NCBI GenBank assembly: GCA_030704615.1
Contig: CM060734.1
Location: 3,534,001 to 3,598,000 of the forward strand
DNA length: 64,000 nucleotides
Direction of reading: 5' to 3'
Origin: Takakia lepidozioides
Lineage: Eukaryota > Plantae > Bryophyta
A program made the position numbers and the translations under genes. Shown in pieces: positions 25,191 through 36,795 of this stretch. Below the pieces are notes generated by a model. The model was not told the DNA's origin. It did no database searches and saw only the letters and a program-made list of their open reading frames with translations. Every line of letters begins with the position of its first letter. Positions within the stretch are counted from its first letter, which is position 1.

Positions 25191-25908
25191 AGGGGGGCGA
25201 TTGTGTGGACTAGTGACTGCCATAGTGGGCAGCATAGTGGCAACCTAGTGACTGATTAGTTGTAGCCTAGTGGTTGGACTAGTGGCTGCACTAGTGGTGG
25301 ACTAGTGATGTACTAGTGTGTGGTGTGCACATGTGTTGTGTGGTTTTGGAGAGCGATGTAGTTATGTAGCGATATGTATGCGCACGACAGCTGTCAAGTT
25401 TTTTGACCACTAGTGTGAAACTAGCTAGGAAATAGCTAGCTTTTACATTATTGACATTTGGGATTGGCCCAAGTGTCAATCCAGGGGTCAAGGCAGATTT
25501 AGGCCCTATAGTGGTTATCGTCACGGCAAGCGCGGGAGGCTCATCTTTCTCGAGTTGAGCCTCACCGCGCCTAGCTATGACGTTGTAGTGTGGATTCCCC
25601 ATGGCGTGGGGTGCACTTGGCTTGACTTGTATTTGAGTGATGAGGTTATATATGCATGAGTTTATGCTTCAGCTTTGTGAGCTCGCATGAGCTTGTGCTT
25701 GTATTCTTCTTCTTTATCATTGTGTGGACTAGTGACTGCCAGAGTGGGCAGCATAGTGGCAGCCTAGTGACTGACTAGTTGTAGCCTAGTGGTTGGACTA
25801 GTGGCTGCACTAGTGGTGGACTAGTGATATACTAGTCTGTGGTGTGCACATGTGTTGTGTGGTTTTGGATAGCGATGTAGTTGTGTAGCGATATGTATGT
25901 GCACGACA
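25191..25908 (+). repeat. PPT (25191-25200) plus B1-GC-A2-B2 terminal block of copy B
   Basis: AGGGGGGCGA then TTGTGTGG; B1 and B2 are each about 189 bp; junction GACA-GC-TGTC at 25386-25395. Confidence 0.9.
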
Positions 25909-25912
25909 GCAA

Positions 25913-26699
25913 GCTTGTCCGACTCGCCCCTAGTGTCACCCGATGTGGGAGGAGTCCTCGTTTCCGGATGTGCCCGCTCTATCCCCTCCCGGAGCGCCAC
26001 TGGAAATAGATTCCAAATGTGGAGCATAGCCGGCGGCGGCGCCCCGTAGTCCAGACCCTTCTTTGCTAACCGCTCAGGCTCAAGGGCGGTGTCGCTGATC
26101 GGCTAGGCTGCTCCGAACCGGACCATACCTCCTCCTCTCCCCCCCCCCCCCCCCAAATGCATATTAGGGTAGAAGCCCTCACCCGGCTTCACTTCTTTGA
26201 GGCGCTTCGCTATCTTGGCCACTTCATTGGCCCTCCTCGTCTCCTCTTCCTCATCGACAACAATGGGCTGGCAATGGAGGCTTTCAAAGGCCCTTGAACC
26301 TGACGTTGGGCCTTCGCAAGTGCAGCCTTTGTTGCGGAGGAAGGGGTCGCTATGGGGGTGACATCCGAAAGGTGCCCATACCGGGCCCCTGAACGGGTGG
26401 TGTTTGCCAAGGTACATTTCACCCGTCTTGGTGGCCGGGGGTGTGCTCAACTGAGCATCTGGCTCAGCAACAACCTCCCAAATAGGAGAGCTGGCTGAGC
26501 CGGCCCCTGGCGCATCCAAGATGTGGACAAGAGGGGGGTACTGGCCTCGGGGGGTAGACGAGCCCTCTGGCTGCGGCTGTCGACGGGGCTGGTTAGCCGT
26601 GAGACGCCCTGGTGCGTAACACGTGCTGGCAGAGCAAACGGATTGTCCGCCCCTTTCTTTGGGGCAGGGGACTTCTTCTCTTTCCCCATAAGCTGGCAC
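25913..26699 (-). pseudogene. Upstream exon of the CACTA TnpA-like gene (split by copy B)
   Basis: Acceptor GCATGACAG at about 26700; reads ...GESDKL across the TSD into AK and a GT donor at 14929. Confidence 0.55.
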
Positions 26700-28770
26700 C
26701 TGTCATGCAAACCCACAAGTTGGCCTCATTAGGAACATTCCAGATCAAAAACAAAAAAAAAACCAAGCATGTCGGGGGCTGAGAGCAGCAAGTGCTCGGG
26801 GTCTCGAGAGGGGGCAACAAAGAGAAAAGAAAAAGGTGGGGGGGGGGGGGGGGGGTGACTGAGCTCCACCAGCAGCTACTGAGCACCACGGGCTCAGTCA
26901 CCCCCCCCCCCCCCCCCATTTTTATTTATTTTTTGGTTTCCTGATCTCTCCCTCTCTCTCTCCCTCTCTCCCTCTCCCTCTATAAATCTTTGGATTTCAT
27001 CTGGCCTTAACCTTTTGAGGTTATTTAGTTTTTCATCCCTGCCTTTTTCATCCAAATCTAGATGATTTTATTTTATTGGATGATGAAACTTAATATACAG
27101 AAAGCTAGAGTTACCATCTATTTTTTTCATCTAAACTGGATGATCTACATAAATAATGGTTACCTATTATAAAATCCAAGAGAATAATAAAACTACCATC
27201 ATAAATGATGGCAGTTATTAAACCTAAACCTATACCATAACCCTAAAAGATACATTTCTATGGGATGTCATCCAGTGACAAAATGCATATCTTGGTAAGA
27301 TGTGATATTTCATCCATCCTGGATGAAAAATCGGGAAGTTTTGCCCTAAGCAGGCCGACACACTTCAAGCACTGAACTCGTGCTTCAGTGAACCTTGATG
27401 ATGCGCCGTATAAACCTGCTCCCCTGCTGCTACATGGTACTCGTGATTGCTGGCTCTTGGGATGCGCAGTGGTGGTTAAACAGATTCTTCTATGGCAGAC
27501 GACAAAGCCGTGATTGCTCTGATCAGGAACTCATGGTTCTTTATTTTGCAGCGGCGCTTTTACTCCTTGTTGGGAAGTACTCTATCCCTATTTATCTACA
27601 GATTACTTGTTGCTCTCTCTTCGTGTATGAGCCACTCTCTAGCTGTGAACGCTTCTACTCTGATTGCGTTCTGTTGGAGACAATCTGTTGGACGCCATGG
27701 CGTAGGGCATACCACAAACACTCAAGGTTTTTTGAGTTTACCATTGCTTTAATTGTGATCTGTACTTGCTTTAGAATTCAACACTGACATGGATAGCAAC
27801 TGTGAAGACCTGCCACTTACCTGCTGCATCCTCACTAACACACATCGCTATGTGGTGGTTTTTGGGACGGGCACAGGTGAGGGTCTTCACTTGTCTTGAT
27901 TTCTTGAAGCTTGCAGTTCCTGTTCTTGCAAGTGTGGATACTGCTGCTGCCTAAGCTGCTGATGCCATCTGCTGTTTCAAACTGCCACCATGCCGCTTCA
28001 GACCTGCTCCAAGATTGCTCCAATGAGGATCTGCTTCTCTCCTTACCCCTGTTTACGGTTTTTTACAACCACATTTGCATGTGTAGGAGTTTAGCTATGA
28101 AGGATACAAGGATACAAAATAGCAGTTATTACTTTGACTGCCTTGATACTTGGCTCTGAAATGAGAACTCTTGGTATGACTCTGATGGATCAAAAGGATA
28201 GGCTTTGATAGATAACACACATTCTTCAAGGCCCTCATATCATGGTTTCATGGCTTGATAACAAACTGGGGTTTCTGAGCTGCTCTTTCACCTTGGCAGA
28301 ACTACTTTATGTGGCCTTAAAATACCATTCTAGGCCTATACCTGCTTAAGGGGGCTCTACACTGTTGTTTCTTCTTCCTTTTTAAGAATCTTGCTTATAT
28401 CTTGGTTCTAAAACATCATCTTCAAACCAAACCTGCAATCTGGTTTTTGAAATGAGTTTAAAATGGATTCTTGAGATGATGATGTGTACTATGGTGCTTT
28501 CATGATATGAATGACCTGGAATCCCACCCTCCCGCCCTGTTTTTTCAGAGACCCTGAAATGCAATTGGGTATTCAAATGAGATTGTAAACATGAAAGAGA
28601 ATGTTAGATGGTGCCCTGTAAAGGGCTGTTTTGTCTTTCAATGACAATGACCTTAGCGGTCTTGTCCATGTCTTGACATGACATGTATATCTTCCCTCCC
28701 TCTTTTTTTTGCTGTTCACAAAAGTAAACAAACCACAAGGGAGAGAGGGTGCAGAAAAAAGTTAAAAGAT

Positions 28771-29470
28771 TGTACTCATAAGACGTTGTTTGCCGTAGCC
28801 TTGTGGCCATTGACCCCGCGCCCAGTTTGAGTGGAAAAAAAGGGGACAGAACCTGCCTCTGTCAGGGCCTGACGTTGGTAGTAAGACTTACCTTCATATA
28901 TAGAATTAATCTGGGTTTTCCAGATATCCTCTAGAAATCCCTTCACACAAGCATCAAACTGTTCTGTGTGATTTGCCCAATAACTAGGCCTCAGGAGGGC
29001 CTGGGCTTTTGGCTCAGCCTTGAGACTTTCAAAGTTGGTAAACAGAGGTACAGGCACAATTCCCTTGATAGATTTGAAGAGAGCGTCTGTTTGGTGAGAG
29101 AACCCCGGACAGTGTATCAGAAAATGAGTACTGTCTTCAGATTGCCCACACAACGGGCAATTGCACTCTCCCTTTCCTCTCTGCTTCTATTTGCTATTCA
29201 AAGGTAGCTTCCTGCCCTGAGTTTAAATTTCAGTCTAGTGCCGAGAGTGGGTAGACCCTTGAGGTCATCCAAGATGTCCTCCCCCATGTCACTGACTGGA
29301 AACAAGTTCAGGGAAGTTTTCTGCCTAACTTCATTTTCATCAGACAATCTCATGGCAACAAACATGGCTTTGGACACTACAGCCTCTAAGTCAGATTTAT
29401 CAACCCATATTGCAGATCCGTACTCCAAGGCAGGTCTAATAATGCGACAAAGCATGGTTTTCTTAACCTC
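28771..29470 (-). pseudogene. LINE ORF2 3' fragment (C-terminal CCHC)
   Basis: IIRPALEYGSAIW; LKFKLRAGS; CPLCGQSEDSTHFLIHC. Confidence 0.75.
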
Positions 29471-29504
29471 AGAGTTGACCCCTCTACAGAAAAAGTTAAA
29501 AAGA

Positions 29505-32500
29505 GAGAGGGAAGATACTTTTTGTCATGTCAAGACAAAGACAGGACCCCTAGGGTAGTTGTCATGAAAGAATAAATAGACATATCAGCCACTTAACAGT
29601 GGCACCATCCATCAATCATCAAGCTTAGAAAATCCAGAATTACATCCATGCACAGTAATGTGTTCATGTCAGTATGATTCATAATCCAGAGAGTATGCCA
29701 CTGATGTTGATTGACCACCAGTCAAGATCATGATACACTTACATAGGTCTGGGTGGGATGGCGGGTACTTGGCCATATTTTGGCCTTGATGTGGTGCAGG
29801 TCACATAGTCATACAGATTTACTGTCTGCAAGTTGTAATCCAAGCATACTTACTAAAACCCCATGGGTGTCATGGAGGGTTTTCTTAAAAAGAAATGAAC
29901 ACTTGGATATCACAGATTTAAATACCTTGCCTTGCCAGTATTTGTTTAGACTGGTGTGCAGTACAGCTTGCCCCCACAGGGGATGTGGATATGTCTGGTA
30001 AGTTTCCCAGTACACCCCTATACCTTTATTTCTTGCTATAGCTGAAAATCAAAGCTCATGACAAAGCAAGGTAAATATAAAGGACTGCATACACATCCTG
30101 TGACAGTATATGGTACTGTCAGTACACCCTTCACATCATTCCACATTTGACCATGTCATTACACCATGTCCAGGGGGTATTTCCACTTGACCACCCTGGC
30201 TGCCTCAAAAACCAATTACCATTTATATTACTGACATATTTCAGTGTCAGCCGAAATAGCCACAAGTAGAAACTTCACCATACCCTGGCCTAAGCATCTA
30301 GCTAATCAAAGCCATCTGGGTTGGAACATAACAGGGGCCTTTTACCAACAGAGGTACCCGAGTAGCTGCAGCAAACAGTTCCTTGCAGCCTCTCAATTTG
30401 TTTCCAACTACCATAAGGTAAGCAAAGCAAACTAGGGCCTGGAAAACAGATGTGTGTCTCTCACACAAGCCATCATAAACCCGGCTATCACATCATAACA
30501 AAGTCTTTCCACTGGCTGGGCCGAACTAGCCCATCGTAGAAAGCATTACACTTGTTCTTCAAAAATCAAGGAAGGAAAGAGGCAGGATCAAGAAAAACCA
30601 TAGAGTAGTTTAGTTTTTCAACATTTTAGGATGAGTCCCTGGCAAACGATTCCTTCCCTTGCTCTGCAATCCCACTTGGCATCCAGCAGCACCTAGGCAT
30701 CAGAATATTAAGTGGAAGCCCTCACTTGTGCCCGTCCCAAAAACAACCACAACGCATTGTGAGTTAGTGAGGATGCACGAGGTGAGTAGCAGGCTTCCAC
30801 ACTTGCTATCGAGGTCAAATACACTTCAATCTAAGCGCAGAGAATGCCAAAGGAAACAAGGAAGCAAAATCAATAGAAAAAAACCTTTTACACTGTTTGG
30901 GGGAGAGTCGCCATCTCTCTACAAGCCTAACCGTGCAGGGAAGACTCCGCCAGCACCACAGCACTGCTACCTTAACCAAAGCAAGATCTTGCCAAGCACA
31001 AGAAAAAAAGAGCTTGGTTTAAAAAGGTAGGGTTTATAAAGGGAGGGAGAGAGACTTGCTTGTGCCGCTATTCATCAAAGATCCAGAGGAGGGCTACTAG
31101 GGAAACGTCCTAGGCATGCAGGTGGTGCCTCCACCATCACTGCCGCGGTTCCCTTGTGCAGCAAAAAAACAGACAACTGAGACAGGTAATCTTCCCTCAT
31201 CACTAAGCCACCGCCATCGCCTTAAAGAGCTCGCCCAGGCGTCGCTCACATCAGCCATAAACACTCAACGATTGGCAGCTCAAGGTATCTGCAGCACGAG
31301 CATCATCGCTCCTCACAAGCCGCCATCGCGCGCGCTCTCGCAACGCAAAAAAAAAGACATTAGGGTTGCGCAGGGTTTTCCCCTGCCTGGCCCGTCATCC
31401 ATCATTCTCAGGATGAAAAACATCCGCCAGTCTGTCCGTCCGACGGACGTTGTCCGTTTCTCATTCGTGGAAGATGAAAGACATCGTGCTTTCATCCTGT
31501 CTTGCACTTCAACGGATGTAGTCTGTATTTCATCTAGGTTAGATGAAAAACATGGGGGATTTTTTATATTAAAAAAATTGTTTTGCCTTGTATTTAGGTC
31601 CTGTCAAATGAAGTCTTTTTTTCATCCAGGTTGGATTGAAAAATATAGAAACTGACGGGAATTTCACAGTTTTTTAGTGAAGAAATATTTCACTAAAAAT
31701 ATAGTTTTAAAAAAAAAAACAATTGGATAAAGAACATCCAAAATTCCCTGCAACCCAATTTTGCAATTTTTTTCAATTTCCTCGAGGATGGAAGTCGGGA
31801 CAACAATTCCATAAGCCCAGTGTCCAGAGGGAGAGAGAGGGAGAGAGGGGGCAAGAAAGAAAAAACATAAAGGTTGGGGCGGGAGTGACTCAGCAGTTGC
31901 TACTCAGTCACTCCTCCCCCCACCTTCCTCTTTTTCTTTTTGTTTCCCTCTCTCTCCCTCTCTCTCCCTCTGGACACTGGGCTTATGGAATTGTTGTCCC
32001 GACTTCCATCCTTGAGGAAATTGAAAAAAATTGCAAAATTGGGTTGCAGGGAATTTTTGGATGTTCTTTATCCAAAATATTTGTATTAAAAAAACTATAT
32101 TTTTTAGTGAAATATTTCTTCACTAAAAAACTGTGAAATTCCCGTCAGTTTCTACTTTTTCAATCCAACCTGGATGAAAAAAGGACTTCATCTGACAGGA
32201 CCTAAATACAAGGCAAAACAATTTTTTTTATATAAAAAATCCCCCATGTTTTTCATCTAACTTAGATGAAATACGGACTACATCCGTTGAAGTGCAAGAC
32301 AGGATGAAAGCACGATGTCTTTCATCTTCCACGAATGAGAAACGGACAACGTCCGTTGGACAGACAGACTGGCGGATGTTTTCATCCTGAGAAGGATGGA
32401 TGACGGGCCAGGCAAGGGAAAACCCTGCGCAACCCTAATGTCTTTCTTTTTGCGCTGCGAGAGCGCGCGCGATGGCGGCTTGTGAGGAGCGATGGTGCTC

Positions 32501-34290
32501 GTGCTGCAGATACCTTGAGCTGCTAATCGTTGAGTGTTTATGGCTCATGTGAGCGACGCCTGGGCGAGCTCTTTAAGGCGATGGCGGTGGCTTAGTGATG
32601 AGGGAAGATTCCTTGTCTCAGTTGTCTATTTTTTTGCTGCACAAGGGAACCGCGGCAGTGATGGCGGAGGCACCATGCCTAGGACGTTTCCCTAGTGGCC
32701 CTTCTCTGGATCTTTGATGAATGGCGGCACAAAGAAGTCTCTCTCCCTCCCTTTATAAACCCTACCTTTTGAAACCAAGTGCTTTTTTTCTTGTGCTTGG
32801 CAAGATCTTGCTTTGGTTAAGGTAGCAGTGTTGTGGTGCTGGCGGAGTCCTCCCTGCACAGTTAGGCTTGTGGAGAGATGGCGACTCTCCCCCAAACAGT
32901 AAAAAATGTTCTTTTTCTGTTGATTTTGTTTCCTTGTTTCCTTTGGCATTCTCTCCGCTTAGATTGAAGTGTATTTGACCTCGATAGCAAGTGTGGAAGC
33001 CTGCTACTCACCTCGTGCATCCTCACTAACTCACAATGCGTTGTGGTTGTTTTTGGGACGGGCACAAGTGAGGGCTTCCACTTAATATTCTGATGTCTAG
33101 GTGCTGCTGGATGCCAAGTGGGATTGCAGAGCAAGGGAAGGAATCGTTTGCCAGGGACTCATCCTAAAATGTTGAAAAACTAAACTACTCTATGGTTTTT
33201 CTTGATCCTGCCTCTTTACTTCCTTGATTTTTGAAGAACAAGTGTAATGCTTTCTACGATGGGCTAGTTCGGCCCAGCCAGTGGAAAGACTCTGTTATGA
33301 TGTGACAACTGGGTTTATGATGGCTTGTGTGAGAGACACACATCTGTTTTCCAGGCCCTAGTTTGCTTTGCTTACCTTATGGTAGTTGGAAACAAATTGA
33401 GAGGCTGCAAGGAACTGTTTGCTGCAGCTACTCGGGTACCTCTGTTGGTAAAAGGCCCCTGTTATGTTCCAACCCAGATGGCTTTGATTAGCTAGATGCT
33501 TAGGCCAGGGTATGGTGAAGTTTCTACTTGTGGCTATTTCGGCTGACACTGAAATATGTCAGTAATATAAATGGTAATTGGTTTTTGAGGCAGCCAGGGT
33601 GGTCAAGTGGAAATACCCCCTGGACATGGTGTAATGACATGGTCAAATGTGGAATGATGTGAAGGGTGTACTGACAGTACCATATACTGTCACAGGATGT
33701 GTATGCAGTCCTTTATATTTACCTTGCTTTGTCATGAGCTTTGATTTTCAGCTATAGCAAGAAATAAAGGTATAGGGGTGTACTGGGAAACTTACCAGAC
33801 ATATCCACATCCCCTGTGGGGGCAAGCTGTACTGCACACCAGTCTAAACAAATACTAACAAGGCAAGGTATTTAAATATGTGATATCCAAGTGTTCCTTT
33901 CTTTTTTAAGAAAACCCTCCATGATACCCATGGGGTTTTAGTAAGTATGCTTGGATTACAGCTTGCAGATAGTAAATCTGTATGACTATGTGACCTGCAC
34001 CACATCAAGGCCAAAATATGGCCAAGTACCCGCCATCCCACCCAGACCTATGTAAGTGTATCATGATCTTGACTGGTGGTCAATCAACATCAGTGGCATA
34101 CTCTCTGGATTATGAATCATACTGACATGAACACATTACTGTGCATGGATGTAATTCTGGATTTTCTAAGCTTGATGGTTGATGGATGGTGCCACTGTTA
34201 AGTGGCTGATATGTCTATTTATTCTTTCATGACAACGACCCTAGGGGTCCTGTCTTTGTCTTGACATGTCAAAAAGTATCTTCCCTCTCT
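29505..34290. repeat. Long near-perfect palindrome, arms about 2.4 kb, centre about 31898
   Basis: Mirror ORFs 30244-30435(+)/33358-33549(-), 30659(+)/33134(-) and 29753(+)/34041(-); coordinate sums are constant at about 63794. Confidence 0.95.
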
Positions 34291-34424
34291 TTCGTGCTGC
34301 TCACAAAAAAAAAAAAACCCACAGAGGGAAAGAGGGGGTAGAAAAAGTTAATAAGAGAGAGGGAGAGAGAGGGAGAGGGAGAGAGGGGGCAACAATGAAA
34401 AAAAATGGGTTGGGGGGGGGGGGA

Positions 34425-35070
34425 GGTCAGATGGTGGGGTCAGCTGTAGCATATGTCCAACACCAGATATCCTAAGTTAATCGACTCTAAGTCTTCACCC
34501 AGCTGAATAAATATGACTTAGAGGCTGTAGTGTCCAACCATGTCTGTTGCCATGAGATTGTCTGATGAAAATGAAGTTAGGCAGAAAACTTCCCTGAACT
34601 TGTTTCCAGTCAATGACATGGGGGAGGACATCTTGGATGACCTCAAGGGTCTACCCACTCTCGGCACTAGACTGAAATTTAAACTCAGGGCAGGAAGCCT
34701 ACCTTTAAACAGCAAACAGAAGCAGAGAGGAAAGGGAGAGTGCAATTGCCCGTTGTGTGGGCAATCTGAAGACAGTACTCATTTTCTGATACACTGTCCG
34801 GGTTCTCTCACCAAAGAGACGCTCTCTTCAAATCTATCAAGGGAATTGTGCATATACCTCTGTTTACTAACTTTGAAAAAGTCGAGGCTAAGCCAAAAGC
34901 CCAGCCCCTTCTTAGGCCTAGTTTTTGGGCATCTCACACACAGCAGATTGATGCTTGTGTGAAGGGATCTGTAGACGATAGCTGGAAAACCCGGATTAAT
35001 TCTATATGTGAAGGTAAGTCTTACTACCAACGTCAGCCCCTGACAGAGGTAGGATTTTTCCCTTTTGTTT
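34425..35070 (+). pseudogene. LINE ORF2 3' fragment, inverted relative to 28771-29470
   Basis: Same SDENEVRQKTSLNLFPV...CPLCGQSEDSTHFLIHC sequence. Confidence 0.75.
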
Positions 35071-35207
35071 CCCCAAGAGGGGGGGCAACAAAGAAAAACA
35101 GAGAATGTGGGGGGGGGGGGGGGAGTGACTGAGCAGCAGCAGTTGCTCAGTCACTCCCCCCCCACCTTCTTTTCTTTTCTTTGTTGCCCCCTGATGTCTC
35201 CCTCTCA

Positions 35208-35242
<35 letters not shown>

Positions 35243-35284
35243 TCTTCTGTGCTGCTCTCTTTTAAGCTCCCGACACCCTAAATT

Positions 35285-35705
35285 CAAGGTCAGATGGTGG
35301 GTTCAGCTGCAACATATGTCCAACACCAGATATCCTAAATTAATCGACTCTATATCTTGGAAACAGGACCGCCCTGTCAAATAGGGTGAGCCCTGGGAGA
35401 AGAGAGTAAAAGAGATTCTCAAGGATCTGAATCTGGACCCGCAAGTCTTGACCTTGCTGGATAAACCTGACTTAGAGAGTGTAGTGTCCAAAGCCATGTC
35501 TGTTACCAGAAAATTGTCCAATGAAAATGAAGTTAGGAAGAAAACTTCCCTGAACCTGTTTCCAGTCTGTGACATGGGGGAGGACATCATGGATGCGCTC
35601 AAGGGTCTATCCCACTCTTGGCACCAGACCTAAATTTAAAGTCTGGGCAGGAAGACTACCTTTGAACAGTAATCAGAAGCAGAGAGGAAAGGGAGAGTGT
35701 AATTT
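35285..35705 (+). pseudogene. Third, more diverged copy of the same LINE 3' fragment
   Basis: DLESVVSKAMSVTRKLSNENEVRKKTSLNLFPV...QKQRGKGECN. Confidence 0.7.
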
Positions 35706-36139
35706 CCCTGACGTACCTCTGCTGGTGCTGGTGCTTGAAGCGACCTGGCGCGGCGAGCTGCTGCGGTGCTGTCGCGGCTGCCAGCGGCGCGGGTCCCTGC
35801 CGCTGCAGGGCGTCTCTCCCCCGCTCACCACGACTCTCTCTCTCTTCAGCTCGTTAGGTCGTGCCTCTGCGCGGCGTTCCTACCACACAGGGGAGAGAGA
35901 CATCAGCCCGTGCTTAGGGCAAGAAAGAAAGACAGAAAGTGAGGGAGGAGGTGGTGCTTACCTTGGGCGTTGGAGCGGCGTTGGGGCATTGGGGCCTTGC
36001 GACCACCTCGGGCTCAGCAGCAGGTGTGTTTCTCCTCCACCCTAAACCCCACCCTCTGAACTACCTCTCTCCCAAAGAACAAACAAAAACGGGAGGGGAA
36101 AGAGATGCTTGAAGCACTTAGGGAGAAAAAAAAGGCGCG

Positions 36140-36490
36140 GCGCCCACGTGCGACGCCCGGCCGTCGCACGCCTGCGCCCGCCCATTTTTTGAAATGTAAA
36201 AATGAAGATTGCGACGGCTGGCCGTCGTTTCTTGCGACCCCGGGTCCCATAAATAAATAAAACACGTCGCCCCCCGCGACGGCTGTCCGTCGCAGGGTGC
36301 GACCCCCAATTAAAAAATTAAAAAAAACTCGTCGTCCAATGCGACGCCAGGGTGTCGCAGGAGGCGACGGCCGGCCTTTTCTGGATTTAGGGTTTAGAGC
36401 CTTTTGGGTTTCTTAGTTTTTATTTTATTTATTTATTTTTTCATATGGTACTGGGTTAGGGTGTTTGCTTTTCTTTATGGTGCTGGGTTT
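36140..36490. repeat. Internal block of CACTA subterminal-type repeats; inverted paralog of about 55690-55990
   Basis: GCGAC/GTCGC motifs; TTTCATATGGTACTGGG.TAGGGTGTTTG is the reverse complement of 55703-55731. Confidence 0.75.
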
Positions 36491-36795
36491 TGGATTGGCG
36501 GTTTTGATTGTGGGTCTTGGGGTTAAAAGGATAAACGGTGTAATTAGGATTCACATACCCAAAATGTGGTTCAATCTGATAATCGCAAAGCGCTGGGTCT
36601 CAACAAATTTTTCCATAGTGTGAGCATCCTGAAGATAGAACGAGAGGAAGGATTTATTGTCTTGGGCTCCAGCACCATAGGGATGCTTCGCCTTTGGTTA
36701 CCAATTTTGAAAGCCCCGAGGCTGAGGCATAGGGTTTTTTTGCCAACGGTTTTTGAGAAATGAAAGTGTTGGTGGTGTGTGTTAATTAGGATGGG

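Larger units (their letters stand above)
14938..25908 (+). mobile_element. Permuted-LTR, DNMT-carrying Ty3/gypsy-like retrotransposon, copy B
   Basis: TGTCA...CGACA ends; 4-bp TSD GCAA (14934-14937 and 25909-25912); repeats A1 14938-15264, B1 25201-25389, A2 25392-25719, B2 25720-25908. Confidence 0.9.
26770..35275. mobile_element. Hairpin-bounded foldback-like composite repeat in an intron of the TnpA-like gene
   Basis: Imperfect inverted ends TGTCGGGGGC..GAGAGCAGCA and TGCTGCTCTC..GCTCCCGACA; three GTGACT(G/C)AG...CTCAGTCAC hairpins; TTTCATC(N)GATGAAA repeats; no TSD found. Confidence 0.5.

Noticed and set aside
14938-25908. Classification of copies B and C as Ngaro/PAT/DIRS elements because of split direct repeats and a methyltransferase
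   Set aside because: They have an aspartic protease, an HHCC-DDE integrase, TG...CA ends and 4-bp TSDs; no tyrosine-recombinase motifs were seen, and the methyltransferase is C5-cytosine type
25201-25908. B1-A2-B2 as a misassembly, solo LTR or chance truncation of a tandem array
   Set aside because: The same breakpoints and perfect TSDs occur in two diverged, independent insertions
26770-35275. Ginger-type transposon (TGT...ACA ends)
   Set aside because: The flanks AGCA and CCCT are not a TSD and no integrase-like ORF is present
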